Assembly (NCBI RefSeq): GCF_009914755.1 | Contig: NC_060939.1 | Strand: one strand, 5' to 3' | DNA length: 64,000 nucleotides | DNA from: the human T2T-CHM13v2.0 reference genome, Homo sapiens | Part shown: piece by piece, positions 32,822-46,025 of the stretch | Position numbering within the stretch: the first letter of the stretch is position 1 | Layout: every line of letters begins with the position of its first letter | Made by a program: the position numbers and the translations under genes | Notes under the pieces: model-generated | Databases searched by the model: none | What the model was told of the DNA's origin: nothing | What the model saw: the letters and a program-made list of their open reading frames with translations, nothing else

Positions 32822-33591
32822 TGAAGGACTACTTTATTTACTTTATTTTAAAAATTACTTCATGTTATTAACAGTACAATTGTGACTGCATTTTGCAAGT
32901 TTTTATGTATAGTATTTTGCTGTCACTTTCTAAATTTGCTATGCTGCAGCTCTAAATTTTTCTTTGACCCAAAAATTATTTATAAGAGTGTTTTAATATT
33001 GCCGAATAGATTAGATAATTTACAAACTTATCAATTGCTTATAAACATGGTATATGCTTTTAAAACACCTGCCTTTTTAATCATATAATCTTTCTCCATT
33101 AAGTTACTAATGTGATTAATATATTTCAATGGGAAAAATCCTTACATTCCTGTTAGATTTAATTTATATTTACTTATTTATTAATTAATTTACACTTAAG
33201 TTCCTGTATTGGACTTAACGTATTCCAGACACTGTTGTTTTTTTTTTTTTTTTTTTTTTGCTTGAGAATATTTGCATAGTTCTAAACATTTGATAAATAT
33301 AAACTCAACACATATTTCATTTAGAATTTTTGCCTCAATATAAATAATTGAGTTTGCTTTGAAGTGGCAAGTATATGTTATATATGCATGTGCTATTATT
33401 AGGCTCAGTAACAACACTATTGAAGATGTAGAGAATTAATGAGAAGGTTTTTGTTTTTGTATTTAAATTGCACACAGCTGCTTCTGGAAGTTTCAGTACA
33501 ACTCTGGAAGGGTTGGTAGAATTCTAGTTTGGTAGACTTGGTGTTTTATGAAGAGGAACTAGTTTTCCGGTAACTTTTAAGAATTGTTCTT

Positions 33592-33818
33592 GCCTGGGCA
33601 ACATAGTGCGACCCCACCTCTAAAACAAACAAAACGCACACAAATTAGCTGGGCATGGTGGCAGATGCCTATAGTCCCAGCCACTTAGGAGACAGGCAGG
33701 GGGATCACTTGAGCCTGGGAGGTTGAGGCTGCAGTGAGCCATGATCATACCACTGCACTCTAGCCTGGGTGACAGTGAGACTCCATCTCCAAAAAAAAAA
33801 AAAAAAAAAGAAAGAAAA
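33592..33818 (+). mobile_element. 5'-truncated AluJ
   Basis: GGATCACTTGAGCCTGGGAGGTTGAGGCTGCAGTGAGCCATGATC, A tail, flanking ATTGTTCT on both sides. Confidence 0.85.
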
Positions 33819-33959
33819 TATTGTTCTATGATTATTTGCGTATTTAAGTTTTTATTTCTTCTTCAGTTAACTATAAATACTTACATTTTATTTTCTATAA
33901 AACTATCAAATTATAAGTAGATTTACACACACACCCAAACACAAACACATAGACTCAAA

Positions 33960-35040
33960 GATTCTGATAGAAATTCACTGAAATTTGTTAAGGATAATTA
34001 ACATCTTTATAATTTTGGTTTGTCCCATCCAGCAATGTGGCATGCATTTCTCATCATTTTTTCATTCATCTTTTGCATTATTTAGTAACATTTTACAGGT
34101 TTCTGTCAAATAGCTTACAAACATGCGGTATTAAGTTGTATTTATCCTAGTTTCCTTGTAAGCGTTGGTAATGTGAATGAGGTCTTTTTTTTTTTCGGTT
34201 TTCTGGTTGGTTAGTCTCAATGTACAGGAAAGCTGTTGTTTTGTTTTTTTACCTTACATTTGGCCATCTTATCACACTTTGATTTCAGTTCATTCTCTTG
34301 GAATTGACTTATATAATTTCTAGATTTTGTTAGGTGTTCTTCCTTTTCAATATTTATAGTCCTCTGTTATTTTGTTCTTTCGCATTTGCTGGAACTCCAG
34401 AATCATTTGGAGGAACGATAGTGACAGCTGACCACAGCCTATTTGTTTCTGGTTTAAATTGGATGCCTTGAGTGTGTGTGTGTTAGTTTGTTCTCACGCT
34501 GCTAATGAAAACATACCTGAGACTGGATAATTTGTAAAGAAAAAGAGGTTTAATGGATTCACAGTTCCACATGGCTGGTGAGGCCTCACAATCACAGTGG
34601 AAGGCAAAGGAGGAGCAAAACCACGTCTTACATGGCGGCAGGCAGGAGAGTGTGTGCAGGGGACCTGCCCTTCATAAAACCATCAGATCTTGTAAGACTT
34701 ATTCACTATCACGAGAAGAGCACAGGAAACACCCAGTGCCATGATTCAATTACCTCCCACTGGGTCCATCCCATGACAAGTGGGGATTACAGGAGCTACA
34801 ATTCAAGATGAGATTTGAGTGGGGACACAGCCAAACAACATCACTGTTGTTAGGATGAAATTTGCTATATATTTCTAAGTTTTATTTATTTATATTGAGA
34901 AATTATTGTTCTTTCTGGTTAATTAAAAGGTTTTGTTCTTTATTGTTGTTATATTTGCTGTTATAGTTTTAAAATTTTATAACAGGAATGGCTGTTGGAT
35001 TTTATTAAGTGCTTTCTGTCATCTATATTAAGAGCAGTCA
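33960..35040 (-). mobile_element. Ancient L1M relic interrupted by a THE1 LTR
   Basis: Degenerate antisense ORF2-like T-rich sequence on both sides of the LTR. Confidence 0.5.
34479..34843 (-). mobile_element. THE1 (C/D-like) solo LTR
   Basis: TGTGTTAGTTTGTTCTCACGCTGCTAAT...GGGGACACAGCCAAACAACATCA, the reverse complement of the THE1 consensus. Confidence 0.9.
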
Positions 35041-35302
35041 CTTGGTTTCTGTTTTCTTCTAAATTATTAGCAAGGAAAATAATTTCCCTGTCTCATTAAT
35101 GTTATGGAATTCTCACTATGTGCTGTTTGGGTAAGAAAGAATCTAGCCCTTTCTAATGTTGCAGTCTTGAGAATTCCTTCTTCTTTGGGAAGCCTCCATC
35201 TTTGCTCTTAGGGCCTTCAAATTGTTAGATAAGGCTCACTCACATTATGGATAGTAATCAACTTTACTCAAAGTCTATTGATTTAAATGTTAGTCACATT
35301 TT

Positions 35303-37643
35303 CTTGTTATCATTTCAATAGTTTTTGGGGAACAGGTGGTGTTTTGTTACATGGATAAGTTATTTAGTGGTGATTTCTGAGATTTTTGGTGCATTCATCA
35401 CCCAAGCAGTGTATACTGCACCTAATGTGAAGTCTTTTACCCCTCATCACCCTCCTAGACTTCCCCCAAGTCCCCAGAGAACATTACATCATTCTTATGC
35501 TTTTGCATCCTCATAGCTCAGCTCCCATTTATAAGTGAGAACATATGATGTTTAGTTTTCCATTCCTGAGTTACTTAACTTAGAATAATGGTCTCCAACT
35601 CCATCCAGGTTGCTGTGAATGCCATAATTTCGTTTCATTCCTTTTTATGGCTAAGTAGTAATCCATGGAGATTATATATATATCTCCATATATATATATA
35701 TATCTCCATATATATATATATATATATATCTCCATATATATAATCTCCATGGATTTATATATATATATATCCATATATATAATCTCCATGGATTTATATA
35801 TATATATATGTATATATCTCCATGGGTATATATATATATATAACTTTTTCTTTATCCACATTTTGGTTGATGGGCATTTAGGCTGGTTCCATAACTTCAC
35901 AATTGCAAATTGTGCTGCTATAAATATGTGTGTGCAAGTGTCTTTTTAATATAATGACTTCTTTTCCTCTGGGTAGATATCCAGTAGTTGGATTGCTGGA
36001 CCAAATGGCAGTTCTATTTTTCATTCTTTAAGGAATCTCCACACTGTTTCCACAGTGGTTGTACTAGTTTGTATTCCCACCAGCAGTGTAAAAGTGTTCC
36101 TTTTTTCACCACATCCATGCTAACGTCTATTATTTTTTGATTTTTAATTATGCCCATTCTTGCAGGAGTAAGGTGGTATTGAATTGTGATTTTGATTTGC
36201 ATTTCCCTGATCATTAATGATGTTGAGCATTTTTTCATATGTTTGTTGGCCATTTGTATATCTTTTTTTGAGTATTGGCTGTTCATGTCCTTAGCCCACT
36301 TTTTGATGAGATTTTTTTTTTTCTTATTTGTTTGAGTTCCTTGTAGATTCAGGATATTAGTTCTTGGTCAGATGCATGGTTTGTGAAGATTTTTCACCTG
36401 TTTTGTGGGTTATCTGTTTATTCTGCTGATTATTTATTTTGCTGTGCAGAAGCTTCTTAGTTTCATTAAGTCTCATCTATTTTCTTCGTTTTTGTTGCAT
36501 TTGCTTTTGGATTCTTGGTCATGAAGGCTTTGCCTAAGCCAATGTCTAGAAGGGTTTTTTCAATGTTATCTTCTAGGATCTTTATGATTTCAGGTCTTAG
36601 ATTTAAGTCTTTGATCCATCTTGAGTTGATTTTTGCATAAGGTGAGAGATGAGGATCCAGTTTCATTCTTTTACATGTAGCTTGCCAATTATCCCAGTAC
36701 CATTTGTTAAATAAGGTGTCATTTTCCACTTTATGTTTTTGTTTGCTTTGTCAAAGATCAGTTGGCTCTAAGTATTTGGCTTTATTTCCGGGTTCTCTAT
36801 TCTGTTCCATTGGTATACGTGCCTGTTTTTATACCAGTACCATGCTGTTTTTCAGTGACTATAGCCTTGTTAGCACAGTTTGAAGTTGGATAAGGTGATG
36901 CCTCCAGATTTGTTCCTTTTGTTTAGTCTTGCTTTGGCTATGTGGGCTCTTTTTTAGCTCCCCATGAATTTTAGGATTTTTTTTCTAGTTATTTGAAGAA
37001 TGATGATGGTATTTTAATGGGAATTGCATTGAATTTATAGATAGTTTTTGGTAGTATGATCATTTTTACAATATTGATTCTACCTATCCATGAGCATGGA
37101 TTGTGTTTCCATTTGTTTGTGTCGTCTATGATTTCTTTCAGCAGTGTTTTGTAGTTTTCCTTGTAGAGATCTTTCACCTCTTTGGTTAGGTATATTCCTA
37201 AGTATTTTTTTTTTTGCAGCTGTTTTAAAAGGGGTTGAGTTATTGATTTGATTCTCAGTTTGGTCACTTTTGGTGTATAGCAGTGCTACTGATTTGTGCA
37301 CATAGATTTTGTATACTGAAACTTTACTGAATTCACTTATCAGGTCTAGGAGCTTTTTGGATGAGTCTTTAGGGTTTTCTAGGTATACAGTCATATCATT
37401 GGTGAACAGCAACAGTCTTACTTCCTCTTTACCAATTTGGATGCCCTTTATTTCTTTCTCTTGTCTGATTACTCTGGCTAGAACTTCAACTACTACGTTG
37501 AATAGATGTGGTGAAAGTGGGCAGCCTTGTATTGTTCCATTTCTCAGGGGAAATACTTTCAACTTTTCCCTGTTCAGTATAATGTTGGCTATGGGTTTGT
37601 CATAAATGGCTTTTATTACCTTAAGGTATGTCTGTTCTATCCC
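35303..37643 (-). mobile_element. 5'-truncated L1PB-type element with decayed ORF2
   Basis: 3' end TTTTGGGGAACAGGTGGTGTTTTGTTACATGGATAAG, multiple frameshifted ORF2 fragments, TSD TTA(G/A)TCA(C/A)ATTTT at 35290-35302 and 37644-37656. Confidence 0.88.
35660..35845. repeat. AT-rich minisatellite with internal inverted repeats
   Basis: (TA)n interspersed with TCTCCAT(GG) units. Confidence 0.9.
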
Positions 37644-38331
37644 TTAATCAAATTTTTAAAATATCTTCACAGCAACCTCTAGACTGGTGTTTGACCAAAC
37701 AACTTGGCACCATAGCCTAGCTGAGTTGACATATAAAGTTACCATTGCAACTGACATACTCATTTTTTTCTACTCTAGAATATATTTGCATTCAGTAGAT
37801 GAAAACATTTAATGCTGTTATGCTTATCAAATATTTGACTTGTATTACTCCCTGTAGTTTCTTATATCTTTTGCCTTCCCCCATTATTGTCAGCAGCATT
37901 TAGTGTCTCAGGGGAGCTAGAACAAGATACACAAGCAAAGGAATCACCTTTGGGTTTCAATTAGAGTTTTTCATTTTAAAATCTATAATACTAGGGTATG
38001 CTATTTATGTCACAAACAACAAATCTTAGAAAAAAGACAAAGCAGGCTGCCTTGTTACAGAAGAGGTAAATATTACATAGGGAAAGCAAAAAGAAGAAGA
38101 AAAATAACTTTGTCTTTAGGAATCCATGCAGGTGGATTCCTGAAAAGCAATTCTGTATCTCACCCGAAGTCTATTTCCTAGTTAGGTGTGGGGTGTGGAA
38201 TAGAAACCAGAGATAGAGTTCAGAATCCAAGAGCAGTGGTGAGCTCTATTTGGGGTTTTGAGGGGGAAGTCAAGAGAGTTGCAAGGCCCACAGAATGTTT
38301 CTGCAACTATCATGACACAAAAGTGGTTCAG

Positions 38332-38782
38332 CAACCCAAATGCCTATCAATGATAGACTGGATAAAGAAAATGTGGCACATATATACCATGGAATACCAT
38401 GCAGCCATAAAAAAGAATGAGTTCATGTCCTTTGCAGGAACATGGATGAAGCTGGAAGCCATCATCCTCAGCAAACTAACACAGGAACAGAAAGCCAAAC
38501 ACTGCATGTTCTCACTCAAAAGTGGGAGTTGAACAATGAGAATACATGGCATAGCGAGGGGAACGTCACACACGGGGGCCTGTTGCAGGGTGCGGGGCAT
38601 GGGGAGGGAGAGCATTAGGATAAATACCTAATGTATGCGGGGCTTAAAACCTAGATGACGGGTTGATAGGTGCAGCAAACCACCATGGCACATGTATATC
38701 TGTGTAACAAACCTGCACGTTCAGCACATGTATCCCAGAACTTAAAGAAAAATAAATAAATAAAGATAAATAAATAAATAAT
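38332..38782 (+). mobile_element. 5'-truncated L1PA7/8-like 3' end
   Basis: GCGGGGCTTAAAACCTAGATGACGGGTTGATAGGTGCAGCAAACCACCATGGCAC, (TAAA)n tail, TSD AAA(G/T)TGGTTCAG at 38320-38331 and 38783-38794. Confidence 0.9.
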
Positions 38783-39109
38783 AAATTGGTTCAGTAGGCA
38801 TGTCTGAGATAGCCATGTTCCATCTCTGTGAAGAGCAGGAGATTCCATTTTTTTTCTGTCCATCTCAGTGGAGCTTGGAGGGAATGGGGAGCAAGCTAGA
38901 TCAGAGATGAATGTAAGTGAGGAAGCAGCGGAGACATATAACCAAAGATGACCACAGATGAGTGAAGACCAGATACAAATGAGGCAGAACATTTCCCTCT
39001 CTGGACTCTAATGTACCTGTGTATAATATTGTCTATCCGTCTAGCACAGACATACTGATGACTGATTATCCTCAAAGACCCACACCCTTATGTTACTGGA
39101 CTAACATAT

Positions 39110-39235
39110 ATCACTGTGTTCCTAGGAAAGCCCTGATTTATGCCAGTTGCCTCAAGCCTAATTGCTAAACAGCAGTACTTCTCACTCTAGAAAGTGTCAT
39201 GGTTTGCACTAAAAACTCTATCGTGACTTCACTAA
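39110..39235. mobile_element. Possible hAT-Blackjack (MER81/MER94-like) relic
   Basis: CCCTGATTTATGCCAGTTG...CTTCTCACTCTAGAAAGTGTCATGGTTTG. Confidence 0.4.
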
Positions 39236-39599
39236 GGTCTCAGAACTGAGATGCAACACAGGAGGAAAGCGCTGAATCAGTTGAGGTTAAGAGTTTTCTA
39301 CCTGGAAAAATAAGAAGTTAAATCTAAAATGGAAATTAAATTCATTAATAGAGAAAATAATTATGTTTTTGGCACTCCTGATAGTGTGTGCTGACATTTC
39401 AAATCTTTCCTAATTTAAAAAGCACTCAAACCTCAGAAGTTTACACACTCAAGTCCATCTCACTAAGATTACTTCAATATAATAGGATATATAAAGTTTT
39501 AATATTTTATGTACTTAATTTGTCCCTCAACTTTTTAGAGTGCCTTTATTCTATTAGCAAATATAGTATTCACTAATTTATTGTTATAATATGGTGGAG

Positions 39600-40045
39600 A
39601 GCAAGGGATGCTTTACAAAAGGCTTCACAAGCCCTGCTAAGGGAATTTGGATGGTGTTCAAGGAAGTCAAATAATAGGTTTGTGTTGTAGAGTTGGCTTG
39701 AGCAGCAGTGTGGAGGATGGACTGGAGGCAGTCAGGAGTCCGCTGCTGCAGTGCAGATGGGAAATGAGTCTGAACTGAGGATGTAACCAGGGGGAGGCCA
39801 AGAGGACAGACTCAAGAGCCATTTAGGAAATCAAATAAAAAATATTTGGAAACAAATTTTATGCTGGGAGTGAGGAAAGAAGAGATTTGTTGAGTCAGAG
39901 AATGAGTTCAGTGTGGAACACGGGGCTGAGGTTCCTGGGGGATGATCAGGAGAAGATGGTGGTTATGCAGGTGAATATGTGAGCTTGGAGCTTGAGGTGA
40001 AGCTGTGCATGAGGGGGTCTGTGCTTTGGAAGCATCTGGTTTTAA
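39600..40045 (-). mobile_element. L2 relic
   Basis: Purine-rich GCAGCAGTGTGGAGGATGGACTGGAGG...GATTTAGGA-like L2 antisense body. Confidence 0.55.
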
Positions 40046-40245
40046 GAAAACAGGAGGCATTGAAAAAAGAGGAAAAAATATAGTGATTACTATACTTTCT
40101 TTTAATCTTACAGTAAATGTAAAAATTGCCAAAATGAGCTTTATATTGAAGTCAGGCTAGAGGACAGTATTCTGAAATAAATAAAACTCAGTATAACACT
40201 TTATGAACTTTTTCATTGGAATTTATGTTGGAATTTACCTTACAC

Positions 40246-40470
40246 CAGTGTTTTTTCAACTGGGTGCAATTTTGTCCCTCCAGGAGACATTTGACAGTGT
40301 CTGGAGACATTTTTCTGCTTGTCCTAACAGTAGGGGGTAGGCAGTTACTGGCATGTAGTGGTGGAGGCCAAGGATGCTGCTAAATATCCTGCAACTTAAA
40401 GGACAGTCCCCACCAAACAAAGGACTCCCTGGCCCAAGATGTCAATAGTGCTGAGGTTGAGAAACCCCTG
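40246..40470 (+). mobile_element. MER20 (hAT-Charlie), full length
   Basis: CAGTGTTTTTTCAAC...GAGGTTGAGAAACCCCTG, TSD CCTTA(C/G)AC. Confidence 0.88.
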
Positions 40471-41334
40471 CCTTAGACAATCGAGCTTAGACAATTTTAG
40501 AAAAAGAGTTCAAATCATCCTTAAATTGTTTTCCTGATCAAGAAACACCAGAGAAGGACTTTTGCTGTAATGCGTCAAAGAACCTTGATATTCTGGCTGG
40601 GAAGTCCATTCCATTAGCCTTTCAACTCAAAAGGATGTTTCCCTGGTTAAGAGCCCTTACGTGCATAGGAGTACTCTGTGACCACACAACATTGAGGGCG
40701 CCAAGAATGTATGGTATATTCACTCAGGGAACCCCACAATGTAGGCTAGCAATCAATGCAAAGATAACAAGTTCAATACCATGGGAATAGATGGGAATGT
40801 ACATACCACCAAGGACATCTAAAACATGAAGCTTGAAAATGGCCATTAAATCTGACTATTGCATTGTTAAATATGAGGACAGAAAGATGTGAGTGGTCAG
40901 CAATATAACATAATGGTGAAGGCCACACATTGCTGAATCTGACATTGCAAGACTCCTGGTCCATGTGATTTGGTGCCTAGCTGGTAGAGAGTGTTATCAA
41001 TGGAGCAAAAGAACACCTAGATCCAGCCCACTGTTTCCAAAGTGACCCTCCACTAAGGGCTTCCAGGAAATTGATACAAATACATTGATAGTATTAATGC
41101 CAGGAATATAACACCTATAGGTTTTTTAATCAAATCAATAATTTGTTGATCAATATTTGTTAAAAGTGATGACATTGATTCTACTGGTTTCTGTCATAAC
41201 GAACGAGAGTAGATGAAACGGATTCATGATTTTTAAAATGCAGTCCTAATACCCCTTATGAAAAACTGGGAACCATAGATAAGAAAGGCAGTTATAAAAG
41301 ACTGAATGATTCCAAAGAGTCAGAAAGTAAAGGC

Positions 41335-41552
41335 TGCATGCTTAGAAACTATGCTGTAATGTTTAATTCCTTTTCCCACTGTTTACTAGCTGTGTGGTCT
41401 TCAGCAAATTACTCAACCTGTCTGTGTTTCTGTTTCCTTTTATACCTAATAAGGATAAAATCTATCCTATAAAATAGCTGTGAAGATTAAGAAACTATAT
41501 GTAAAGTACTAGGCACAGCACAGCCATAAAATGTTCAGTAAATGTTAGCTGT
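41335..41552 (+). mobile_element. MIR
   Basis: TTACTAGCTGTGTGGTCTTCAGCAAATTACTCAACCTGTCTGTGTTTCTGTTTCC...AAATGTTAGCT. Confidence 0.7.
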
Positions 41553-42312
41553 TAGAAGAGTATGTATTTAACAAACACAAATGTATATGAACGCAAAATT
41601 TAAATGAATTTTAAAAGATAAACTACAAGATGAGAAAAAATTTCACAGCTCCAGTGTTCTACTTTGGAGCTACTTTTGTATACTATTATGCTTTTCTTCT
41701 GACAACACTTTGGAATAACTTTTTGAGAGGCAAAGAAGTAGGTGGCCTTCTAGGTCCCTAGACAGCTATGCAGGCATAGAATATTTTTCACCAATATTTT
41801 TAGCTGATATCCAAAAGTGACCTTCTGAACAGCCAGATACTCAATATTGTATTCAGCTGTTTAATGTTTCATCATCCCACTCATTAATCACACATAACAC
41901 TCATTAATCAAGTTACAAAGGAGGATCATTACCAACCGGGGCCATAGTGCAGGAAAATTCCTGCCTGCAAGCCACATCAGTAGGCTTTGCATTACTCCAA
42001 AGACCGGGTAGTGGCCAACTGGGGTAGAACAGCATCAACTGGGTGACATTTCTGTGGAGTTCAGAGGAACTGTAAGACCTGGGTAGTTTCTTAAGTTACA
42101 GCCCTAAACAATCAGAGAAATGCAACTACAGGGCCATACACAAAGAAGGCTAATAGAGATGAAATACTAAAAGATTCCAGATAACTCTTTTTTGTAAATA
42201 AATTAAATATGCCAACATTTGCTATAACAAAATTTGTAAAGTGGGAATTTACCCATTATTTCAGATGAATTAAAGTTCCTAATTTTAGTGCTTTTTAAAA
42301 AATTATATTTAT

Positions 42313-42577
<265 letters not shown>

Positions 42578-42579
42578 TA

Positions 42580-43570
42580 AGGATTTAGCTTTCCTTTCTC
42601 CCATCCATTCCCTTCACACAATTCCCTCATCCTCCTGATAGTTTCATTATATCTTTTTGTTAGAGTAATAATTATTTGGTAATAATTAGTACTAGAATTA
42701 CTACAGTTGGGTCATGTAATACACTATGATTACATTTCTTCTATTTCTCCTTCTTTTTTATTCGTTTAGTTTTCTGTCATATACAATACTTCACTACTTC
42801 ATGACCCAAGCCCATTGACAGAACTCTAACATTACTCTCAGTAGAGTCAGACTTACCGAGTAATCTGTCAGTTCCGTTGTTGTCCTGGAGACGTCCCTAT
42901 GGGAATCCTCTACTTTCTGCTAAAATCTAGACCAGCTGCTTTCTAGGCTTGAGCACAGCAGTAGACATGCCATCTGCCTTCCCTGTCCTCTGTGGACATT
43001 TCTTCATTCCCATGTTGCATATGCTAAACTTTTCTGGTTTACTCCATTTTGTAGGTGGATCATATCCTCCAGCAATTTCATGGGAAAGAGTGCATGGAAG
43101 AAATAGATTGCCTAAGTATAATTCTAGGAAGGTGATGGTTTTCATCAGGATATTTAAGTCATTGCCACATTTTCTTCTGGCATCCAGAATTGCAATTAAG
43201 AGCTCTAATGCCATACGGATTCCTAATTATTTGTATTGAGCAAAAGTTATCCTTCCTTTTCTAATGTTAAGAACATTTCTTTTGCTCTAATATTCTGAAG
43301 TTTCACTAAAATGTACCTTGATATGGGTCATTTTTATGAATTTTGCTGAGCACACCATAGGTTCTTTCAATCTGAAATTTGGTTTCATCAGTTCTGGGAA
43401 GTTTGCTTGATTTTGTTTTACATAATTTTCTTCCCCCTGATTTCTCTGTTTATTCTTTGTAGAGCTCTCATTAATATTATTTTTCACACAAGACCCCCTC
43501 TAATTGAATTAGTCTTAAAATTTTCTACTGCCTCTCCTAATTTTTCCACTTTGTGAGACATTTCTTCAAT
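42580..43570 (-). mobile_element. Ancient L1M relic (ORF1-like region)
   Basis: CCACATTTTCTTCTGGCATCCAG and TTTCAATCTGAAA...CAGTTCTGGGAAGTTT are typical of old L1 ORF1 antisense. Confidence 0.55.
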
Positions 43571-43576
43571 TGTAAT

Positions 43577-43998
<422 letters not shown>

Positions 43999-44039
43999 TG
44001 AAAAAGTAAATGCTATCACATATGTTTAACTTTTGGAAT

Positions 44040-44652
44040 GTCTTCTTTCATGCTGTAAAACCAAAACTACCCATTAAACAATCACTCTCCATTCTTCCCT
44101 CCCTCCTGTCCTGGCAACCACCATTCTACTTTCTGTCTCTATGATTTGACTGCTCTATGTTCCTCATAGAAGTAGAATCATACAGTATGTGTGTTTTTTG
44201 TAACTGGCGTATTCCACTTAGCATAATATTCTCAATGTTCATCCATATTGTAGCATGTGTCTGAATTTCCTTCCTGTTTAATGATGAATACTGTTTCATC
44301 GTATGACTACAGCACATTTTGTCTATCTATTCATCCATCAATAGACACTTGGGTTGCCTCCACCTTTTGGCTATTATAAATAGCGCTGCTATGAACAACG
44401 ACATAAAATATCTTTTTGAGATCCTACTTTCAGTTATTTTGGATATATACCCAGAAATGGAATTACTGGATGATACATTTTACATTCCCACCAACTAGTA
44501 CACAATAGTTCCATTTTTTCCACCTCCTTACCATCTTTTCCGCCTCAATAGTGGCCCATCCTAGTGGGTACGAGATGGTATCTCATTGTGGTTTTAATTT
44601 GCATTTCCCTGGTGATTAGTGATATTGAGCATCTTTTCATGTGTTTATTGGC
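44040..44652 (-). mobile_element. L1MB-like 3' fragment
   Basis: CCCATTAAACAATCACTCTCCATTC...CTGGCAACCACCATTCTACTTTCTGTCTCTATG. Confidence 0.8.
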
Positions 44653-45662
44653 CTCAGGCTTGTTGTTTTTTCATAAAAGAATCATCTGTCTTTTCTCCAG
44701 GGCTAATAAGAGCAGTTACCAGCATTTTTGGAACAAAGCAGACGGAAGCTAGGGTAAGTGTGTGGCCATCAGTGTACAGATTTTCACCCATCCCTCCTCT
44801 TTCAGGATGATGCACCTGCTCTTGGCTGGCCTAGTGTCCCTAAGTCCAGAATCCCTCTTGTTCAACCTGTTCAGAGAGGGAACATCTAGGTGTCTGCTGG
44901 GTGAGGGGAAGAGTAACTGCTTGTATGCTAAATGGGAATGGGATTCAAGGAAGTTAACTGTTTCTTTCAAACAATTTTCCTGTTTCAGCCACACTTGTAC
45001 CCCCACTTTTAGAGGTCACAGTTGACCCATTTCCTAAACCTTTAAGGAGCTCTGCAATACCAGCAGGCTCATTTCTTGGCATTGTCCCCTATGGCATTTA
45101 TCTGCTTTCAGTTTTTAAATTTTTGCTGTTATTATTTCTTTTCTTCTTATTTTTCTCCTGGGTTTATGTTTTTTGTCCCATCATCTCAATGAGGCTTCAG
45201 GAGAGCATGGAGATGAATGTCTTTAATTTACCATTTTAATGGAAAATCCCCATAGTTATTTATTATTATTATTCCTAATAGTATTTTTATTTTCACTTAA
45301 AGATAGGAGGAAAGAAGAGGACAGAAGCAGAGACAGAGTTCTAATGAGACATTTCACCAAGATTTATGAAGGTAAGAATAGGGATGGTCTTCCCTTTCCA
45401 GGTACATTCTGTTGGTATTTGATGCCCCGACAACACAGTCAGGTCTCCATTTTAACTCTTCCTTGATTAATATTTTCTGCTCAGTTTATCCATTTTCAGA
45501 TTCTTGTCTGGTGAGAAAACATTGTGAATACAAACCATTCTCAGTGCAAAGGTAGAATCTGACATACATATTTGCTTTACAGAAAACCTTTCAGCAATGC
45601 ATTGACTTTCTGTTTTAGGACACCTCTTTAGAAGTACTTAGGTGTTTTGGATTGGTTTCTTT

Positions 45663-46025
45663 CTTCTTTCTTTTCTTTCTTTCTTTTTCTTTCTCTCTCT
45701 CTCTCCCTCTCTCTTTACTTCCTTCCTTCGTTCCTTCCTTCCTTCTTTTTTTCAGAGTCTCACTTTGTTACCCAGGCTGGAGTGCAGTGGTGCGATCTCA
45801 TTGCAATCTCCGCCTCCGGGGTTCAAGTGATTCTTGTGCCTCAGCCTCTGGAGTAGCTGAGATTACAGGTGTGCACCACTGCACCCAGCTAATTTTTGTA
45901 TTTTTAGTAGAGATAGGGTTTCACCATTTTGGCCAGTCTGGTCCCGAACTCCTGGCCTCAAGTGATCCACCCTCCTCGGCCTCCCAGAGTGCTGGGATTA
46001 CACGTGTGAGCCACTGCGCCTGGCC
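45663..46025 (-). mobile_element. AluS whose tail expanded into a (TTTC/TC/TTCC)n repeat
   Basis: Antisense dimer; TSD TGG(A/T)TTGGTTTCTTT at 45648-45662 and 46027-46041. Confidence 0.92.

Larger units (their letters stand above)
35160..37749 (-). mobile_element. MLT2 (ERVL) LTR split by the L1PB insertion (pieces ~35160-35302 and ~37644-37749)
   Basis: CACATTATGGATAGTAATCAACTTTACTCAAAGTCTATTGATTTAAATGTTA continues after the L1 as ...TTTGACCAAAC...AGTTGACATATAAAGTTACCATTGCA. Confidence 0.75.

Noticed and set aside
35580-35949. YI-rich ORFs, and the repeat/spacer look of the TA minisatellite (also 50525-50745)
   Set aside because: Microsatellite translations. There are no unique spacers and the context is eukaryotic, so this is not CRISPR-like.
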